A stretch of DNA of 64,000 nt from Escherichia coli (lineage in GTDB: Bacteria > Pseudomonadota > Gammaproteobacteria > Enterobacterales > Enterobacteriaceae). The translations under genes were made by a program, and so were the position numbers. Within the stretch, counting starts at the first letter, position 1; each line of letters starts with the position of its first letter. This document shows positions 29,578 through 46,258 of this stretch, one piece after another. The stretch lies in assembly GCF_013315695.1 (NCBI RefSeq), contig NZ_CP054353.1. The stretch is one strand, 5' to 3'. Under the pieces are notes generated by a model. The model saw only the letters and a program-made list of their open reading frames with translations, did not search any database and was not told where the DNA came from.

Positions 29578-29885
29578 ATCCCTGAGCAGTATAAAAAACG
29601 AACGATTGCCGTGATCTGTTGAGCGGGTGACAGTGCGCATAGCGTTGTGCTAAAAATATTTTATATATTCACATTCATTATGTGATTTAAATTGCCAAAA
29701 CTGACAAATATATATTCTAAATAACAACTGGGTTATTCCTTAGCAATTAATGATTACATTGTAATAAATCATATTCTTTATCGATTATTTCAGGCAGTGT
29801 TGTGCCGAATTAAGCAAGTAGTCAATTCGTTGTGTATTTATTTATACAATGGTATCGGTGTCCTGGAATTTAATTAGAGGAATCT

Positions 29886-30986
29886 ATGCGAGGGAAAAAA
29901 CGCATTGGGTTATTGTTTTTGCTGATAGCGGTTGTGGTTGGTGGCGGCGGGTTATTGCTGGCGCAAAAAGCCTTACATAAAACGTCGGATACCGCATTTT
30001 GCCTTTCCTGCCACTCGATGAGTAAACCTTTTGAGGAATATCAGGGAACTGTCCACTTTTCAAACCAGAAAGGGATACGTGCGGAATGTGCCGATTGCCA
30101 TATTCCAAAGTCAGGGATGGATTATTTATTTGCTAAATTAAAAGCATCTAAAGATATTTATCATGAATTTGTTAGCGGCAAAATAGACAGTGATGATAAG
30201 TTCGAAGCTCATCGCCAGGAAATGGCCGAAACAGTATGGAAAGAATTAAAAGCAACTGACTCTGCAACCTGCCGTAGTTGCCATTCTTTTGATGCCATGG
30301 ATATTGCCTCGCAAAGTGAATCTGCGCAGAAAATGCATAATAAAGCGCAAAAGGACGGCGAAACCTGTATCGATTGCCATAAAGGCATTGCCCATTTTCC
30401 GCCAGAAATAAAAATGGATGACAACGCGGCGCATGAGCTGGAAAGTCAGGCCGCTACTTCAGTTACTAATGGCGCACATATTTATCCTTTCAAAACTTCT
30501 CGCATAGGCGAACTGGCTACCGTGACTCCTGGTACCGATCTTACCGTCGTTGATGCCAGTGGCAAACAGCCAATTGTTCGGTTGCAGGGTTATCAAATGC
30601 AGGGCAGTGAAAACACGCTCTACCTGGCGGCAGGCCAACGGCTGGCGCTCGCCACATTAAGTGAAGAAGGTATCAAGGCGCTAACGGTAAACGGGGAATG
30701 GCAGGCTGACGAATACGGCAATCAATGGCGTCAGGCGTCTTTGCAGGGGGCGCTTATCGATCCCGCATTAGCGGACCGTAAACCGCTATGGCAATACGCT
30801 GAAAAACTTGACGGTACCTATTGCGCTGGCTGCCATGCCCCTATTGCCGCCGACCATTACACCGTCAATACATGGCCGTCCATTGCCAAAGGAATGGGGG
30901 CGCGAACCAGCATGAGCGAAAACGAACTGGACATTTTGACGCGGTACTTCCAGTACAACGCCAAAGATATTACCGAGAAACAGTGA
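29886..30986 (+). CDS. torY: pentahaem c-type cytochrome TorY (NapC/NirT family)
   Basis: 366 aa [22 protein letters not shown]...; five CxxCH haem motifs (CLSCH, CADCH, CRSCH, CIDCH, CAGCH). Confidence 0.93.
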   Translation: MRGKKRIGLLFLLIAVVVGGGGLLLAQKALHKTSDTAFCLSCHSMSKPFEEYQGTVHFSNQKGIRAECADCHIPKSGMDYLFAKLKASKDIYHEFVSGKIDSDDKFEAHRQEMAETVWKELKATDSATCRSCHSFDAMDIASQSESAQKMHNKAQKDGETCIDCHKGIAHFPPEIKMDDNAAHELESQAATSVTNGAHIYPFKTSRIGELATVTPGTDLTVVDASGKQPIVRLQGYQMQGSENTLYLAAGQRLALATLSEEGIKALTVNGEWQADEYGNQWRQASLQGALIDPALADRKPLWQYAEKLDGTYCAGCHAPIAADHYTVNTWPSIAKGMGARTSMSENELDILTRYFQYNAKDITEKQ

Positions 30987-31010
30987 TCCTCGTTGATCAG
31001 GGAGGAAGTT

Positions 31011-33440
31011 ATGACATTAACAAGACGTGAATTTATTAAACATAGCGGTATTGCGGCAGGGACGCTGGTGGTGACATCGGCTGCACCGCTACCCGCATGG
31101 GCAGAAGAAAAGGGCGGCAAAATTCTCACCGCGGGCCGTTGGGGAGCGATGAACGTAGAAGTGAAGGACGGCAAGATTGTTTCTTCGACAGGCGCGCTGG
31201 CGAAAACCATACCGAACTCCTTACAGTCTACGGCGGCGGATCAGGTACACACCACGGCGCGTATTCAGCATCCGATGGTGAGAAAAAGCTATCTCGATAA
31301 TCCACTGCAACCGGTGAAAGGTCGTGGCGAAGATACCTATGTACAGGTGAGCTGGGAACAAGCATTAAAACTGATTCATGAACAACACGATCGCATTCGC
31401 AAAGCTAACGGACCATCGGCCATTTTTGCCGGATCTTATGGCTGGCGTTCTTCTGGCGTGTTGCATAAAGCGCAAACCTTACTGCAACGTTATATGAACC
31501 TGGCGGGCGGTTATTCCGGGCATAGCGGCGATTATTCAACCGGAGCGGCACAGGTGATCATGCCGCATGTGGTCGGTTCTGTAGAGGTGTATGAACAGCA
31601 GACCTCCTGGCCGCTGATTCTGGAAAACAGCCAGGTGGTGGTGCTGTGGGGGATGAACCCGCTGAACACGCTCAAAATTGCCTGGAGCAGTACCGATGAG
31701 CAAGGGCTGGAATACTTCCATCAGCTGAAAAAATCTGGCAAACCAGTGATTGCCATTGATCCTATCTGCTCCGAAACCATCGAATTCTTTGGCGATAATG
31801 CCACCTGGATCGCACCGAATATGGGTACCGACGTGGCACTGATGTTAGGGATTGCGCATACCCTGATGACACAAGGCAAACACGATAAAGTGTTCCTTGA
31901 AAAATACACTACCGGGTATCCGCAGTTTGAAGAGTATCTGACAGGTAAGAGCGATAATACGCCGAAGAGCGCGGCCTGGGCGGCGGAAATTACTGGCGTA
32001 CCGGAAGCGCAGATAGTCAAACTCGCTGAACTGATGGCGGCAAATCGCACAATGCTGATGGCAGGCTGGGGAATTCAGCGCCAGCAATATGGTGAACAGA
32101 AACACTGGATGCTGGTGACGCTGGCGGCGATGTTAGGGCAGATTGGTACACCGGGCGGCGGGTTTGGTTTCTCTTATCATTACTCCAACGGTGGCAACCC
32201 GACGCGTGTTGGCGGCGTGCTACCAGAAATGTCTGCGGCGATTGCCGGACAGGCCAGCGAGGCCGCTGATGATGGCGGAATGACGGCGATTCCTGTTGCC
32301 CGTATCGTCGATGCGCTGGAAAATCCTGGCGGCAAATATCAGCATAACGGTAAAGAACAAACGTATCCGAATATCAAAATGATCTGGTGGGCGGGTGGCG
32401 GTAACTTTACCCATCACCAGGATACTAATCGTCTGATTAAAGCATGGCAGAAACCGGAGATGATCGTCGTTTCTGAATGCTACTGGACCGCAGCAGCCAA
32501 ACACGCAGATATCGTATTACCGATCACCACATCGTTTGAGCGCAATGACCTGACGATGACCGGTGATTACAGCAACCAGCATATTGTGCCGATGAAGCAG
32601 GCTGTCGCTGCGCAATTTGAAGCGCGCAACGATTTTGACGTGTTTGCCGATCTTGCTGAATTACTCAAACCTGGCGGAAAAGAGATCTATACCGAAGGTA
32701 AAGATGAAATGGCGTGGCTGAAATTTTTCTATGATGTCGCTCAGAAAGGTGCCCGTGCGCAACGCGTGACTATGCCGATGTTTAATGCCTTCTGGCAGCA
32801 AAATAAACTGATCGAAATGCGCCGCAGCGAGAAGAACGAACAGTACATTCGTTATGGTGATTTCCGCGCCGATCCGGTGAAAAATGCGCTGGGTACACCA
32901 AGCGGCAAAATTGAGATTTACTCCAGAACGCTGGAAAAATTTGGCTATAAGGATTGCCCGGCACACCCAACCTGGCTTGCGCCTGATGAGTGGAAGGGTA
33001 CCGCCGACGAGAAGCAGTTGCAGCTTCTGACCGCACATCCGGCACACCGTTTACACAGTCAGCTTAACTATGCGGAACTACGTAAAAAATATGCGGTTGC
33101 CGATCGTGAACCAATCACTATTCACACCGAAGATGCTGCTCGCTTTGGTATTGCAAATGGCGATCTGGTGCGTGTCTGGAACAAGCGCGGTCAGATTCTG
33201 ACAGGCGCGGTGGTGACTGACGGGATCAAAAAAGGCGTGGTATGCGTACATGAAGGTGCATGGCCAGATCTGGAAAATGGCTTGTGTAAAAACGGTAGTG
33301 CGAACGTGTTAACGGCGGATATCTCCAGCTCGCAGCTGGCGAATGCCTGTGCCGGTAACTCTGCGCTGGTGTATATCGAAAAATATACGGGCAATGCGCT
33401 GAAGTTAACGGCGTTTGATCAGCCAGCTGTTCAGGCATAA
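31011..33440 (+). CDS. torZ: TMAO/S-oxide reductase catalytic subunit TorZ (molybdoenzyme)
   Basis: 809 aa from ATG 31011 ([31 protein letters not shown], twin-arginine signal); track ORF starts 6 codons upstream. Confidence 0.95.
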   Translation: MTLTRREFIKHSGIAAGTLVVTSAAPLPAWAEEKGGKILTAGRWGAMNVEVKDGKIVSSTGALAKTIPNSLQSTAADQVHTTARIQHPMVRKSYLDNPLQPVKGRGEDTYVQVSWEQALKLIHEQHDRIRKANGPSAIFAGSYGWRSSGVLHKAQTLLQRYMNLAGGYSGHSGDYSTGAAQVIMPHVVGSVEVYEQQTSWPLILENSQVVVLWGMNPLNTLKIAWSSTDEQGLEYFHQLKKSGKPVIAIDPICSETIEFFGDNATWIAPNMGTDVALMLGIAHTLMTQGKHDKVFLEKYTTGYPQFEEYLTGKSDNTPKSAAWAAEITGVPEAQIVKLAELMAANRTMLMAGWGIQRQQYGEQKHWMLVTLAAMLGQIGTPGGGFGFSYHYSNGGNPTRVGGVLPEMSAAIAGQASEAADDGGMTAIPVARIVDALENPGGKYQHNGKEQTYPNIKMIWWAGGGNFTHHQDTNRLIKAWQKPEMIVVSECYWTAAAKHADIVLPITTSFERNDLTMTGDYSNQHIVPMKQAVAAQFEARNDFDVFADLAELLKPGGKEIYTEGKDEMAWLKFFYDVAQKGARAQRVTMPMFNAFWQQNKLIEMRRSEKNEQYIRYGDFRADPVKNALGTPSGKIEIYSRTLEKFGYKDCPAHPTWLAPDEWKGTADEKQLQLLTAHPAHRLHSQLNYAELRKKYAVADREPITIHTEDAARFGIANGDLVRVWNKRGQILTGAVVTDGIKKGVVCVHEGAWPDLENGLCKNGSANVLTADISSSQLANACAGNSALVYIEKYTGNALKLTAFDQPAVQA

Positions 33441-33491
33441 GACGTGAAAAGCGCCCGGAAACGGGCGCTGAGGTTATGCAAACGCAAAACT

Positions 33492-33590
33492 GCCTGATGC
33501 GCTATGCTTATCAGGCCTACATAGCCCCTGCAATATATTGAATTAGCAAGACTTTGTAGGCCGGATAAGGCGTTCACGCCGCATCCGGCA
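33492..33590 (+). repeat. BIME: two inverted REP elements
   Basis: gcctgatgcgctatgcttatcaggcctac (33492-33520) and gtaggccggataaggcgttcacgccgcatccggca (33556-33590). Confidence 0.75.
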
Positions 33591-33604
33591 GTATTACCAG
33601 ACCT

Positions 33605-35752
<2,148 letters not shown>

Positions 35753-35804
35753 ACAAACTCCCTTTAAAATGGCCGATGGCACCTGTCTATGATAGGTGGC
35801 AAAT

Positions 35805-36623
35805 TCAGAAAAGAGAAGATTGCTGTGGAATAGCCGGAACTGCTCCGATCTCTGGAAGCGTTTTACGTAAGTCTTCCCACAGGGTATGTACCAGTTCCGG
35901 GGCCTGGGCAATATCTGGCGTATGTAAAAAAAGATAAGGCGTAGTGGTCTGATGCCACTGCGCTAATTTTTGTAACCAGACCTGAAATAATTCCCGGTTT
36001 TGCGTCATATCATCACTACCGATAAAACGGATCAGTGGATTTTTCGCCGTCAGTACAGCATGTACCGGAACTTTAGGTTTTTTTCGTTGAGCGTCGCGAA
36101 TAGCTTCACTGTATGGACGTGCTGCATGAACCGGGCGGCTGTCTAAAATCACCCGATTAACGCCGCGCTGATGTAAACCGCGATTAAGCGTTTGTTCCTC
36201 TTCCCCTTTGGCGAAAAACTGTGGATGGCGGACTTCCACCCCATAATTAAATTCACCGGGAAGAGAATCGAGAAAATGCCAAAGCGCAGGCAGCTCCCGT
36301 GGGCCGAATGTGGCAGGCAGTTGCAGCCAGTATTGTCCAATGCGCGGAGCCAACGGTGACATGCGGGTCAAAAATTCAGTCACTAAATCATCGCAATGCC
36401 GTAATGCTGCCTGATGCGAAATGGTCGCCGGAAACTTAAAACAGAAGCGGAAGTCATCTGTGGTCTGCTCACGCCAGCGCAGGACAACCTCGGGTTTCGG
36501 CAGGGCATAAAGCGTGGTGTTACCCTCCACACAGTTAAAGTGGCGGGCATACTCTTCAAGGCTGGTGATCCCCAACCGCACCCATTTAGGATGCGACCAT
36601 TGTGGCAAACCGATGTAAATCAT
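35805..36623 (-). CDS. yecE: DUF72 protein YecE
   Basis: 272 aa [29 protein letters not shown]... Confidence 0.88.
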   Translation of the reverse strand: MIYIGLPQWSHPKWVRLGITSLEEYARHFNCVEGNTTLYALPKPEVVLRWREQTTDDFRFCFKFPATISHQAALRHCDDLVTEFLTRMSPLAPRIGQYWLQLPATFGPRELPALWHFLDSLPGEFNYGVEVRHPQFFAKGEEEQTLNRGLHQRGVNRVILDSRPVHAARPYSEAIRDAQRKKPKVPVHAVLTAKNPLIRFIGSDDMTQNRELFQVWLQKLAQWHQTTTPYLFLHTPDIAQAPELVHTLWEDLRKTLPEIGAVPAIPQQSSLF

Positions 36624-37186
36624 AACGCGTTGAGGATCTCTTCAACGCTACGCACACGGGCGATGCGCGGGTAGATATGATTAATGCTGTTATTGTGCTG
36701 CTCGGCGCTAGCGGCGCTACAGGCATCTTCGGCAATCACCAGATTAAAACCGAGTTCCCAGGCATTGCGGGCGGTGGATTCAACACCGATATTGGTCGAG
36801 ATCCCACATAACACTATTGTATCGATACCCCGGCGGCGTAATTGCAACTCCAGATCCGTACCGTAAAACGCACCCCATTGACGTTTGATGATTTCGATAT
36901 CGCTGTCGGTTGCACCTAATGCAGCAGGATGTTGCCACCAGTTTTCGGGCAACACTTTTGCGGGGGAGGGGGCATCAACCGGCTGTTTTAATGCTTCGGC
37001 GTAATCGGCAGACCAACCAACGCGCACCAGAAACACGGGCTGACCGTTCGCGCGAAATTTCGCCGCCAGCTTCCCTGCCCGATTAACCACCTCATCGGCA
37101 GTATGCGGACCACCGGCAAAAGGCAAGATGCCTTCTTGTAAATCAATCACCACCAGCGCGGTGGTTTTAGCATTAAGTTCAAGCAT
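36620..37186 (-). CDS. yecD: isochorismatase-family hydrolase YecD
   Basis: 188 aa from ATG 37186 ([23 protein letters not shown]...) with SD aggag 7 nt upstream; track ORF starts at an upstream TTG. Confidence 0.88.
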   Translation of the reverse strand: MLELNAKTTALVVIDLQEGILPFAGGPHTADEVVNRAGKLAAKFRANGQPVFLVRVGWSADYAEALKQPVDAPSPAKVLPENWWQHPAALGATDSDIEIIKRQWGAFYGTDLELQLRRRGIDTIVLCGISTNIGVESTARNAWELGFNLVIAEDACSAASAEQHNNSINHIYPRIARVRSVEEILNAL

Positions 37187-37495
37187 GATGACTCCTGACA
37201 AAACAAAATCGTGCCTCTCACCTTAATGCGATTAGCCGATGGCGGAACGACAAATTTTGTTAATTTTTATGAGTTCGGGCAACACCTTTATAGCAAACTG
37301 GCGTAGAGTCTGATTTCAGGCCCGATATAAAGTGGTAACGAGGCGTTCCAGCGCGGGCCAGGCTCTTACGGTGCGGCAGAATTTCCAGTATAATAGCCGC
37401 CTTTTTTCATTCAGTTGTGACATACAGCTAACGCTGCGACTTGGTCACCTGCGCAGCAGGGGGCATCCGCCGGCAGCTAAGTTAAGGGATATCTC

Positions 37496-39268
37496 ATGCG
37501 TACAGAATATTGTGGACAGCTCCGTTTGTCCCACGTGGGGCAGCAGGTGACTCTGTGTGGTTGGGTCAACCGTCGTCGTGATCTTGGTAGCCTGATCTTC
37601 ATCGATATGCGCGACCGCGAAGGTATCGTGCAGGTATTTTTCGATCCGGATCGTGCGGACGCGTTAAAGCTGGCCTCTGAACTGCGTAATGAGTTCTGCA
37701 TTCAGGTCACGGGCACCGTACGTGCGCGTGACGAAAAAAATATTAACCGCGATATGGCGACTGGCGAAATCGAAGTACTGGCGTCCTCGCTGACTATCAT
37801 CAATCGTGCAGATGTTCTGCCGCTTGACTCTAACCACGTCAACACCGAAGAAGCGCGTCTGAAATACCGCTACCTCGACCTGCGTCGCCCGGAAATGGCT
37901 CAGCGCCTGAAAACCCGCGCTAAAATCACCAGCCTGGTGCGCCGTTTTATGGATGACCACGGCTTCCTCGACATCGAAACTCCGATGCTGACCAAAGCCA
38001 CGCCGGAAGGCGCGCGTGACTACCTGGTGCCTTCTCGTGTGCACAAAGGTAAATTCTACGCGCTGCCGCAATCCCCGCAGTTGTTCAAACAGCTACTGAT
38101 GATGTCCGGCTTTGACCGCTACTATCAGATCGTTAAATGCTTCCGTGACGAAGACCTGCGTGCTGACCGTCAGCCTGAATTTACTCAGATCGATGTGGAA
38201 ACTTCTTTCATGACCGCGCCGCAAGTGCGTGAAGTGATGGAAGCGCTGGTGCGTCATCTGTGGCTGGAAGTGAAGGGCGTGGATCTGGGCGATTTCCCGG
38301 TAATGACCTTTGCAGAAGCAGAACGCCGTTATGGTTCTGATAAACCGGATCTGCGTAACCCGATGGAACTGACCGATGTTGCCGATCTGCTGAAATCTGT
38401 TGAGTTTGCAGTATTTGCAGGTCCGGCGAACGATCCGAAAGGCCGTGTTGCCGCTCTGCGTGTTCCGGGCGGCGCATCGTTGACCCGTAAGCAGATCGAC
38501 GAATACGGTAACTTCGTTAAAATCTACGGCGCGAAAGGTCTGGCTTACATCAAAGTTAACGAACGCGCGAAAGGTCTGGAAGGTATCAATAGCCCGGTAG
38601 CGAAGTTCCTTAATGCAGAAATCATCGAAGCCATCCTGGAGCGTACTGGCGCGCAAGATGGCGATATGATTTTCTTCGGTGCCGACAACAAGAAAATTGT
38701 TGCCGACGCGATGGGCGCACTGCGCCTGAAAGTGGGTAAAGACCTTGGTCTGACCGACGAAAGCAAATGGGCACCGCTGTGGGTTATCGACTTCCCGATG
38801 TTTGAAGACGACGGTGAAGGCGGCCTGACAGCAATGCACCATCCGTTCACCTCACCGAAAGACATGACGGCAGCAGAACTGAAAGCTGCACCGGAAAATG
38901 CGGTGGCTAACGCTTACGATATGGTCATCAATGGTTACGAAGTGGGCGGTGGTTCTGTGCGTATCCATAATGGTGATATGCAGCAGACGGTGTTTGGTAT
39001 TCTGGGTATCAACGAAGAGGAACAGCGCGAGAAATTCGGCTTCCTGCTCGACGCCCTGAAATACGGTACTCCGCCGCACGCAGGTCTGGCATTCGGTCTT
39101 GACCGTCTGACGATGCTGCTGACCGGCACCGACAATATCCGTGACGTTATCGCCTTCCCGAAAACCACGGCGGCAGCGTGTCTGATGACTGAAGCACCGA
39201 GCTTTGCTAACCCGACTGCACTGGCTGAGCTGAGCATTCAGGTTGTGAAGAAGGCTGAGAATAACTGA
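37496..39268 (+). CDS. aspS: aspartate--tRNA ligase
   Basis: 590 aa [43 protein letters not shown]... Confidence 0.97.
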
Positions 39269-39269
39269 T

Positions 39270-39713
39270 ATGGCTTATAAGCGTCCCGTTTCGATCTTAG
39301 TGGTCATCTACGCACAAGATACGAAACGGGTGCTGATGTTGCAGCGGCGTGACGATCCCGATTTCTGGCAGTCGGTAACCGGCAGCGTGGAAGAGGGTGA
39401 AACCGCGCCGCAAGCTGCCATGCGCGAAGTAAAGGAAGAGGTCACCATTGATGTTGTCGCTGAACAACTGACCTTAATTGACTGTCAGCGCACGGTAGAG
39501 TTTGAAATTTTTTCACATTTACGTCATCGCTATGCGCCGGGCGTGACGCGTAATACGGAATCATGGTTCTGTCTTGCGCTTCCGCACGAGCGCCAGATCG
39601 TTTTCACTGAACATCTGGCTTACAAGTGGCTTGATGCGTCTGCTGCGGCGGCGCTCACTAAGTCCTGGAGCAACCGGCAGGCGATTGAACAGTTTGTAAT
39701 TAACGCTGCCTGA
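39270..39713 (+). CDS. nudB: dihydroneopterin triphosphate diphosphatase (Nudix)
   Basis: 147 aa [58 protein letters not shown] (Nudix box); N-terminus looks shorter than I recall for K-12 NudB. Confidence 0.85.
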
Positions 39714-39741
39714 ACAGGCAGGGCTATCTGGAGATATTTTT

Positions 39742-40482
39742 ATGGCAGGTCATAGTAAATGGGCCAACACCAGACATCGTAAAGCTGCGCAGGATGCTAA
39801 GCGCGGTAAAATCTTCACTAAAATCATTCGTGAGCTGGTAACCGCGGCTAAGCTGGGCGGTGGTGATCCGGACGCTAACCCGCGTTTGCGTGCAGCAATT
39901 GATAAAGCACTGTCTAACAACATGACCCGTGACACTCTGAACCGCGCAATTGCACGAGGTGTGGGCGGTGATGATGATGCAAACATGGAAACCATCATCT
40001 ACGAAGGTTACGGTCCTGGCGGCACGGCAATCATGATTGAATGTCTGTCTGACAACCGCAACCGTACCGTTGCTGAAGTGCGTCATGCATTCAGCAAATG
40101 TGGCGGTAACCTCGGTACTGATGGTTCCGTAGCTTATTTGTTCAGCAAAAAAGGCGTGATCTCCTTCGAGAAAGGCGATGAAGACACCATCATGGAAGCA
40201 GCCCTGGAAGCCGGTGCTGAAGACGTTGTGACCTATGATGACGGCGCGATTGATGTCTACACTGCATGGGAAGAAATGGGCAAAGTACGCGACGCTCTGG
40301 AAGCGGCAGGTCTGAAAGCAGACAGCGCGGAAGTTTCCATGATCCCGTCCACCAAAGCTGATATGGATGCAGAAACCGCACCGAAACTGATGCGTCTGAT
40401 CGATATGCTGGAAGATTGCGACGACGTGCAGGAAGTTTACCATAACGGTGAAATCTCTGATGAGGTTGCAGCGACTCTCTGA
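39742..40482 (+). CDS. yebC: YebC/PmpR family transcriptional regulator
   Basis: 246 aa [32 protein letters not shown]... Confidence 0.95.
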
Positions 40483-40516
40483 TGAGGCCTGCTAAACAGC
40501 AAAACGGAGACGCGTG

Positions 40517-41038
40517 ATGGCTATTATTCTCGGCATTGACCCGGGTTCGCGCGTGACCGGCTATGGCGTCATCCGCCAGGTAGGCAGGCAACTGTCCTAC
40601 CTGGGTAGCGGATGCATACGCACCAAAGTGGATGATTTACCGTCTCGTCTGAAGCTCATCTATGCGGGCGTGACGGAAATCATCACCCAATTCCAGCCTG
40701 ATTATTTCGCCATTGAACAGGTCTTTATGGCGAAGAACGCTGACTCAGCCCTGAAACTGGGGCAGGCGCGCGGCGTGGCGATTGTGGCGGCGGTGAATCA
40801 GGAATTGCCGGTATTTGAATATGCGGCACGTCAGGTAAAGCAAACAGTGGTAGGTATTGGTAGTGCCGAAAAAAGCCAGGTGCAGCATATGGTCCGCACC
40901 TTGCTGAAACTGCCCGCTAATCCACAGGCGGATGCCGCCGATGCGCTGGCGATTGCCATCACCCACTGCCACGTTAGTCAGAATGCGATGCAAATGAGCG
41001 AATCGCGACTGAACCTGGCGAGAGGGCGACTGCGTTAA
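40517..41038 (+). CDS. ruvC: Holliday junction resolvase RuvC
   Basis: 173 aa from ATG 40517 ([21 protein letters not shown]...). Confidence 0.95.
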
Positions 41039-41039
41039 G

Positions 41040-41642
41040 TTATACCGCCTCGGTCAGTTCAGGCTGAGGCGTTTCAACTCCCACCGCGTGAATCAACACC
41101 AAACCCGGATGATGCCACAAACTGGCTGGCGTGACGGTTTTACGCTCCCACGGAATAGAACCTAAGAACCAGAATTTCCAGAAAGTGAGTTTTTCATTTG
41201 GATTGCTATTTAACAATTCTCCAAACGTCTCTATTTCACCCACCGGAATACATAGCGCCTCTTTATAAATATCAAAAACAAATTTTGAACAGAACTGGCG
41301 CGAAGATTCGTATTTAAAACCGGTGTGGTAAAGTTTGCGTAGCCGGGAAGGAACCTGTTCAACAATTCGTTGTTTTTGTTGTTCTGTTAGTCCGGCGTCT
41401 AATCGCTTTATAGCATAGCGTTGATTAGCAGAGCGTTTAATAAAACGGGATAGCGTAGTGATGGTTGAGAGGGGAACACGGCTTTCTGCAACCAGAAAGT
41501 CTTCACCGTTATGACCGATAATGATCCCGACGTGATTACTCCAGCAATTTGATGCAGCTGATATTTGACCAAATAAGGCAGCACTTATACATGTAAAGAC
41601 GATATCACCAATTTCATATTCAGCAGGATAATTAATATTCAC
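41040..41642 (-). CDS. yebB: DUF830 protein YebB
   Basis: 200 aa from GTG 41642 ([26 protein letters not shown]...); track ORF extends 24 codons further upstream. Confidence 0.8.
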   Translation of the reverse strand: MNINYPAEYEIGDIVFTCISAALFGQISAASNCWSNHVGIIIGHNGEDFLVAESRVPLSTITTLSRFIKRSANQRYAIKRLDAGLTEQQKQRIVEQVPSRLRKLYHTGFKYESSRQFCSKFVFDIYKEALCIPVGEIETFGELLNSNPNEKLTFWKFWFLGSIPWERKTVTPASLWHHPGLVLIHAVGVETPQPELTEAV

Positions 41643-41850
41643 GTTGTCATTCCATTGAAATAGATATGAATATACGTAATAGCATAAAAAATTTATTTTT
41701 TTCAGGGGTCGCAATGTGTATTTTTATTACACATTTCTTCGCTGAATATGTAATATTTAAATATTTGCTTCCAATATAATCTGTAGAATAAATTATACTG
41801 CGCCATTTTTCAGATCATCGAGACACCTCGCAAGTTTTCTTCATCCTTCG

Positions 41851-41866
41851 CTGGATATCTATCCAG
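41851..41866 (+). promoter_or_regulatory. LexA (SOS) box of ruvAB
   Basis: CTGGATATCTATCCAG, a CTG-N10-CAG palindrome 52 bp upstream of the ruvA GTG. Confidence 0.8.
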
Positions 41867-41917
41867 CATTTTTTTATCATACAGCATTATCTTTGATTCA
41901 TTACGCAGGAGCGTCAT

Positions 41918-42529
41918 GTGATAGGCAGACTCAGAGGCATCATCATTGAAAAACAACCCCCGCTGGTGTTAATTGAAGTGGGCGGCGTAGGCTATGAAGT
42001 GCATATGCCGATGACCTGTTTTTATGAACTCCCTGAAGCGGGTCAGGAAGCGATCGTTTTCACCCACTTTGTGGTGCGTGAAGACGCGCAACTGCTGTAC
42101 GGTTTTAACAATAAACAAGAGCGCACGTTGTTCAAAGAGTTGATCAAAACCAACGGCGTCGGCCCGAAGTTGGCGCTGGCGATCCTCTCCGGAATGTCAG
42201 CGCAGCAGTTCGTTAATGCCGTTGAGCGTGAAGAAGTGGGGGCACTGGTGAAACTGCCGGGTATTGGCAAAAAAACCGCCGAACGCTTGATTGTCGAAAT
42301 GAAAGACCGATTTAAAGGTTTGCATGGCGATCTCTTTACGCCAGCCGCCGACCTGGTACTCACGTCTCCTGCCAGCCCGGCGACCGACGATGCTGAACAG
42401 GAAGCGGTTGCTGCGCTGGTGGCACTGGGCTATAAACCACAAGAAGCAAGCCGCATGGTGAGCAAAATCGCTCGCCCTGACGCCAGCAGTGAAACATTAA
42501 TTCGCGAAGCCCTACGCGCCGCGTTATGA
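41918..42529 (+). CDS. ruvA: Holliday junction branch-migration protein RuvA
   Basis: 203 aa, GTG start, [28 protein letters not shown]... Confidence 0.96.
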   Translation: MIGRLRGIIIEKQPPLVLIEVGGVGYEVHMPMTCFYELPEAGQEAIVFTHFVVREDAQLLYGFNNKQERTLFKELIKTNGVGPKLALAILSGMSAQQFVNAVEREEVGALVKLPGIGKKTAERLIVEMKDRFKGLHGDLFTPAADLVLTSPASPATDDAEQEAVAALVALGYKPQEASRMVSKIARPDASSETLIREALRAAL

Positions 42530-42534
42530 GGTAA

Positions 42535-43548
<1,014 letters not shown>

Positions 43549-43589
43549 GTCGGATTGGTCGCTCGAGCCGCATCCGACACTGGCAGTGT

Positions 43590-43676
43590 GCCTGATGCGA
43601 CGCTGTTCGCGTCTTATCAGGCCTACCAGAGATAGCGAACCGTAGGTGGGATAAGGCGCTCGCGCCGCATCCGACA
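43590..43676 (+). repeat. BIME: two inverted REP elements
   Basis: gcctgatgcgacgctgttcgcgtcttatcaggcctac and gtaggtgggataaggcgctcgcgccgcatccgaca. Confidence 0.75.
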
Positions 43677-43694
43677 AATGTGTTCAGCGACAGA

Positions 43695-44480
43695 TTAGCT
43701 GGCCTGCTTTTTCATCATACTGATAATAAATAACAGTGCCGCACATAGCACTACCGACGGACCCGCCGGCGTATCGTAAAATGCGGAAAAGGTTAAACCG
43801 CCAGTTACTGCCACCATTCCCACCAAAACAGCGACACCGGCCATCTGTTCCGGCGTGCGGGCAAAGCGACGCGCTGTAGCAGCAGGAATAATCAGCAGTG
43901 AAGTAATAATCAACGCGCCGACAAATTTCATCGCTACACCAATCGTCAATGCCGTCACCAGCATCAACAACAATTTCACGCGCTGTAATTTCACACCATC
44001 AACAAACGCCAGATCCGGGCTAATCGTCATCGACAGCAAATTGCGCCATTGCCAGAACAAAATAGCCACCACGATGACCACGCCAATCGCAATAGAGATG
44101 AGATCTTCTGGCGTCACTGCCAGTAAATCACCGAACAGGTAAGCCATCAAATCAACACGAATGTTAGACATCAGACTAACGACCACCAGGCCCAGCGACA
44201 GGGCACTGTGCGCCATAATCCCTAATAACGTGTCGATCGCCAGCTGTGGACGCTTCTCCAGCCATACCAGACCGCCCGCCAGCAGCAGCGTAACGGCAAT
44301 CACCGCATAGAATGGATTCACGTCCAGCAACAAACCAAACGCGACGCCAAGTAATGAGGCATGAGCCAGCGTATCACCGAAATAAGACATACGACGCCAG
44401 ACTACAAACGAACCCAGCGGACCCGCGGCACAGGCGAGCATGATCCCGGCTAACCAACCGGGAAATAATAATTCAATCAT
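43695..44480 (-). CDS. znuB: zinc ABC transporter permease ZnuB
   Basis: 261 aa [36 protein letters not shown]... Confidence 0.95.
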
Positions 44481-45232
44481 GAGCGATCATTTCCCCGACG
44501 CAAAACAATTCGTCCCTGTAAATCGTGACGATGATTATGATGATGGCGATAGATACCCAGTTGTTCAGCACCACGAGGACCAAACATAGAAATAAACTCC
44601 GGATGCAGGGAAACAACTTCCGGTGTGCCGGAACAACAAATGTGGTGATTCAGGCAAAGCACTTCATCGGTTTTTGCCATTACCAGATGCAGATCGTGAG
44701 ATACCATTAAAACGCCACAATCCAGTTCGCGACGCAGTTGGTCAATAAGGTCATATAACGCCACCTGACCATTCACATCCACGCCCTGAGTGGGTTCATC
44801 CAGCACTAATAATTGCGGTCGATTTAACAATGCTCGCGCTAACAGTACACGCTGCGTTTCGCCACCCGAGAGCTTTTGCATCGGTGCGTTAATCAGGTGT
44901 CCGGCCTGGACACGTTTCAGTGCAGGCAAAATATCTTCTTTATGTGTGCCAGGTCGTAAGCGTAAAAAACGGTTTACGGTCAGTGGCAACGTGGTGTCGA
45001 GATACAGCTTCTGCGGTACATAGCCGATGCGTAGTTTTCCGTTGCGCTTGATAACCCCTTCATCGGGTGTTACCAGCCCGAGCACTACCCGTACCAGTGT
45101 CGACTTACCTGCGCCATTTGGCCCAAGTAAAGTCAAAATTTTTCCAGGTTTAAGTTCCAGCGACACATCAGAGAGGACGCGGCGTTGGCCAAAAGAAACC
45201 GAGACATTTTCCAGGGAAACCAGACTTGTCAT
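44477..45232 (-). CDS. znuC: zinc ABC transporter ATP-binding protein ZnuC
   Basis: 251 aa [45 protein letters not shown]...; His-rich C-terminus. Confidence 0.95.
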
Positions 45233-45258
45233 GTTAATTTTAGTCTTGCAGTAGTCAT

Positions 45259-45281
45259 GAAATGTTATAATATCACACTTC
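45259..45281 (+). promoter_or_regulatory. Zur box in the divergent znuCB / znuA promoter region
   Basis: GAAATGTTATAATATCACACTTC, an AT-rich palindrome matching the Zur operator, centred in the 78-bp intergenic. Confidence 0.75.
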
Positions 45282-45310
45282 TCATATTCATTACGATGAT
45301 TGGTCGCATT

Positions 45311-46243
45311 ATGTTACATAAAAAAACGCTTCTTTTCGCAGCATTATCCGCCGCTCTCTGGGGAGGTGCAACACAGGCCGCAGATGCCGCCGTTGTCGCT
45401 TCGCTTAAACCCGTTGGGTTCATCGCTTCTGCCATTGCTGATGGGGTAACAGAAACGGAGGTTTTACTACCTGACGGCGCTTCAGAGCATGATTATTCAC
45501 TGCGTCCATCAGATGTAAAACTCTTACAGAACGCGGACTTAGTCGTTTGGGTTGGCCCGGAGATGGAAGCGTTCATGCAAAAACCGGTAAGTAAATTACC
45601 TGAAGCCAAACAGGTAACGATTGCGCAGCTAGAGAATGTGAAACCGCTGCTGATGAAAAGTATTCACGGCGATGATGATGATCACGACCACGCGGAAAAA
45701 AGTGACGAAGATCACCATCACGGCGATTTCAACATGCATCTTTGGCTTTCCCCAGAGATAGCGCGGGCTACAGCGGTTGCAATCCATGGAAAATTAGTGG
45801 AACTTATGCCGCAAAGTCGAGCCAAACTTGACGCCAACCTGAAGGATTTTGAGGCACAATTAGCCTCAACCGAAACGCAGGTTGGTCACGAGCTCGCGCC
45901 GCTCAAGGGGAAAGGTTATTTCGTTTTTCACGATGCTTACGGCTACTTCGAAAAACAGTTCGGACTAACACCGCTTGGTCATTTTACCGTTAACCCTGAG
46001 ATTCAACCTGGCGCGCAGCGTTTACATGAAATAAGAACACAGTTGGTTGAGCAAAAAGCAACCTGCGTTTTTGCTGAGCCACAGTTCAGGCCAGCGGTCG
46101 TTGAGAGCGTCGCACGAGGGACATCCGTTCGTATGGGAACGTTGGATCCCCTGGGGACGAATATCAAACTGGGTAAAACAAGCTATTCAGAATTCCTGAA
46201 TCAATTAGCCAACCAGTATGCGAGCTGCCTGAAAGGAGATTAA
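45311..46243 (+). CDS. znuA: zinc ABC transporter periplasmic binding protein ZnuA
   Basis: 310 aa from ATG 45311 ([23 protein letters not shown] signal peptide; His/Asp-rich loop [19 protein letters not shown]); track ORF starts 42 codons upstream. Confidence 0.95.
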
Positions 46244-46258
46244 TGAGGAAGTGATTAC

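Noticed and set aside
38093-38842. 249-aa and other long ORFs antisense to aspS (also 23222-23986 antisense to flhB/flhA, 39724-40443 antisense to yebC, 51810-52439 antisense to zwf)
   Set aside because: All are embedded opposite well-recognised genes and have no recognisable domain signatures; treated as frame artefacts.
39266-39300. nudB N-terminus (MAYKRPVS...) appears 3 residues shorter than the K-12 NudB I recall (MKDKVYKRPVS...)
   Set aside because: My recall of the reference N-terminus is not reliable enough; most likely ordinary allelic or annotation variation. Needs an alignment.
41712-41737. Palindrome aatgtgta-N7-tacacatt upstream of yebB
   Set aside because: Could be a regulator binding site, but there is no T-tract for a terminator and I cannot match a known motif; insufficient evidence.
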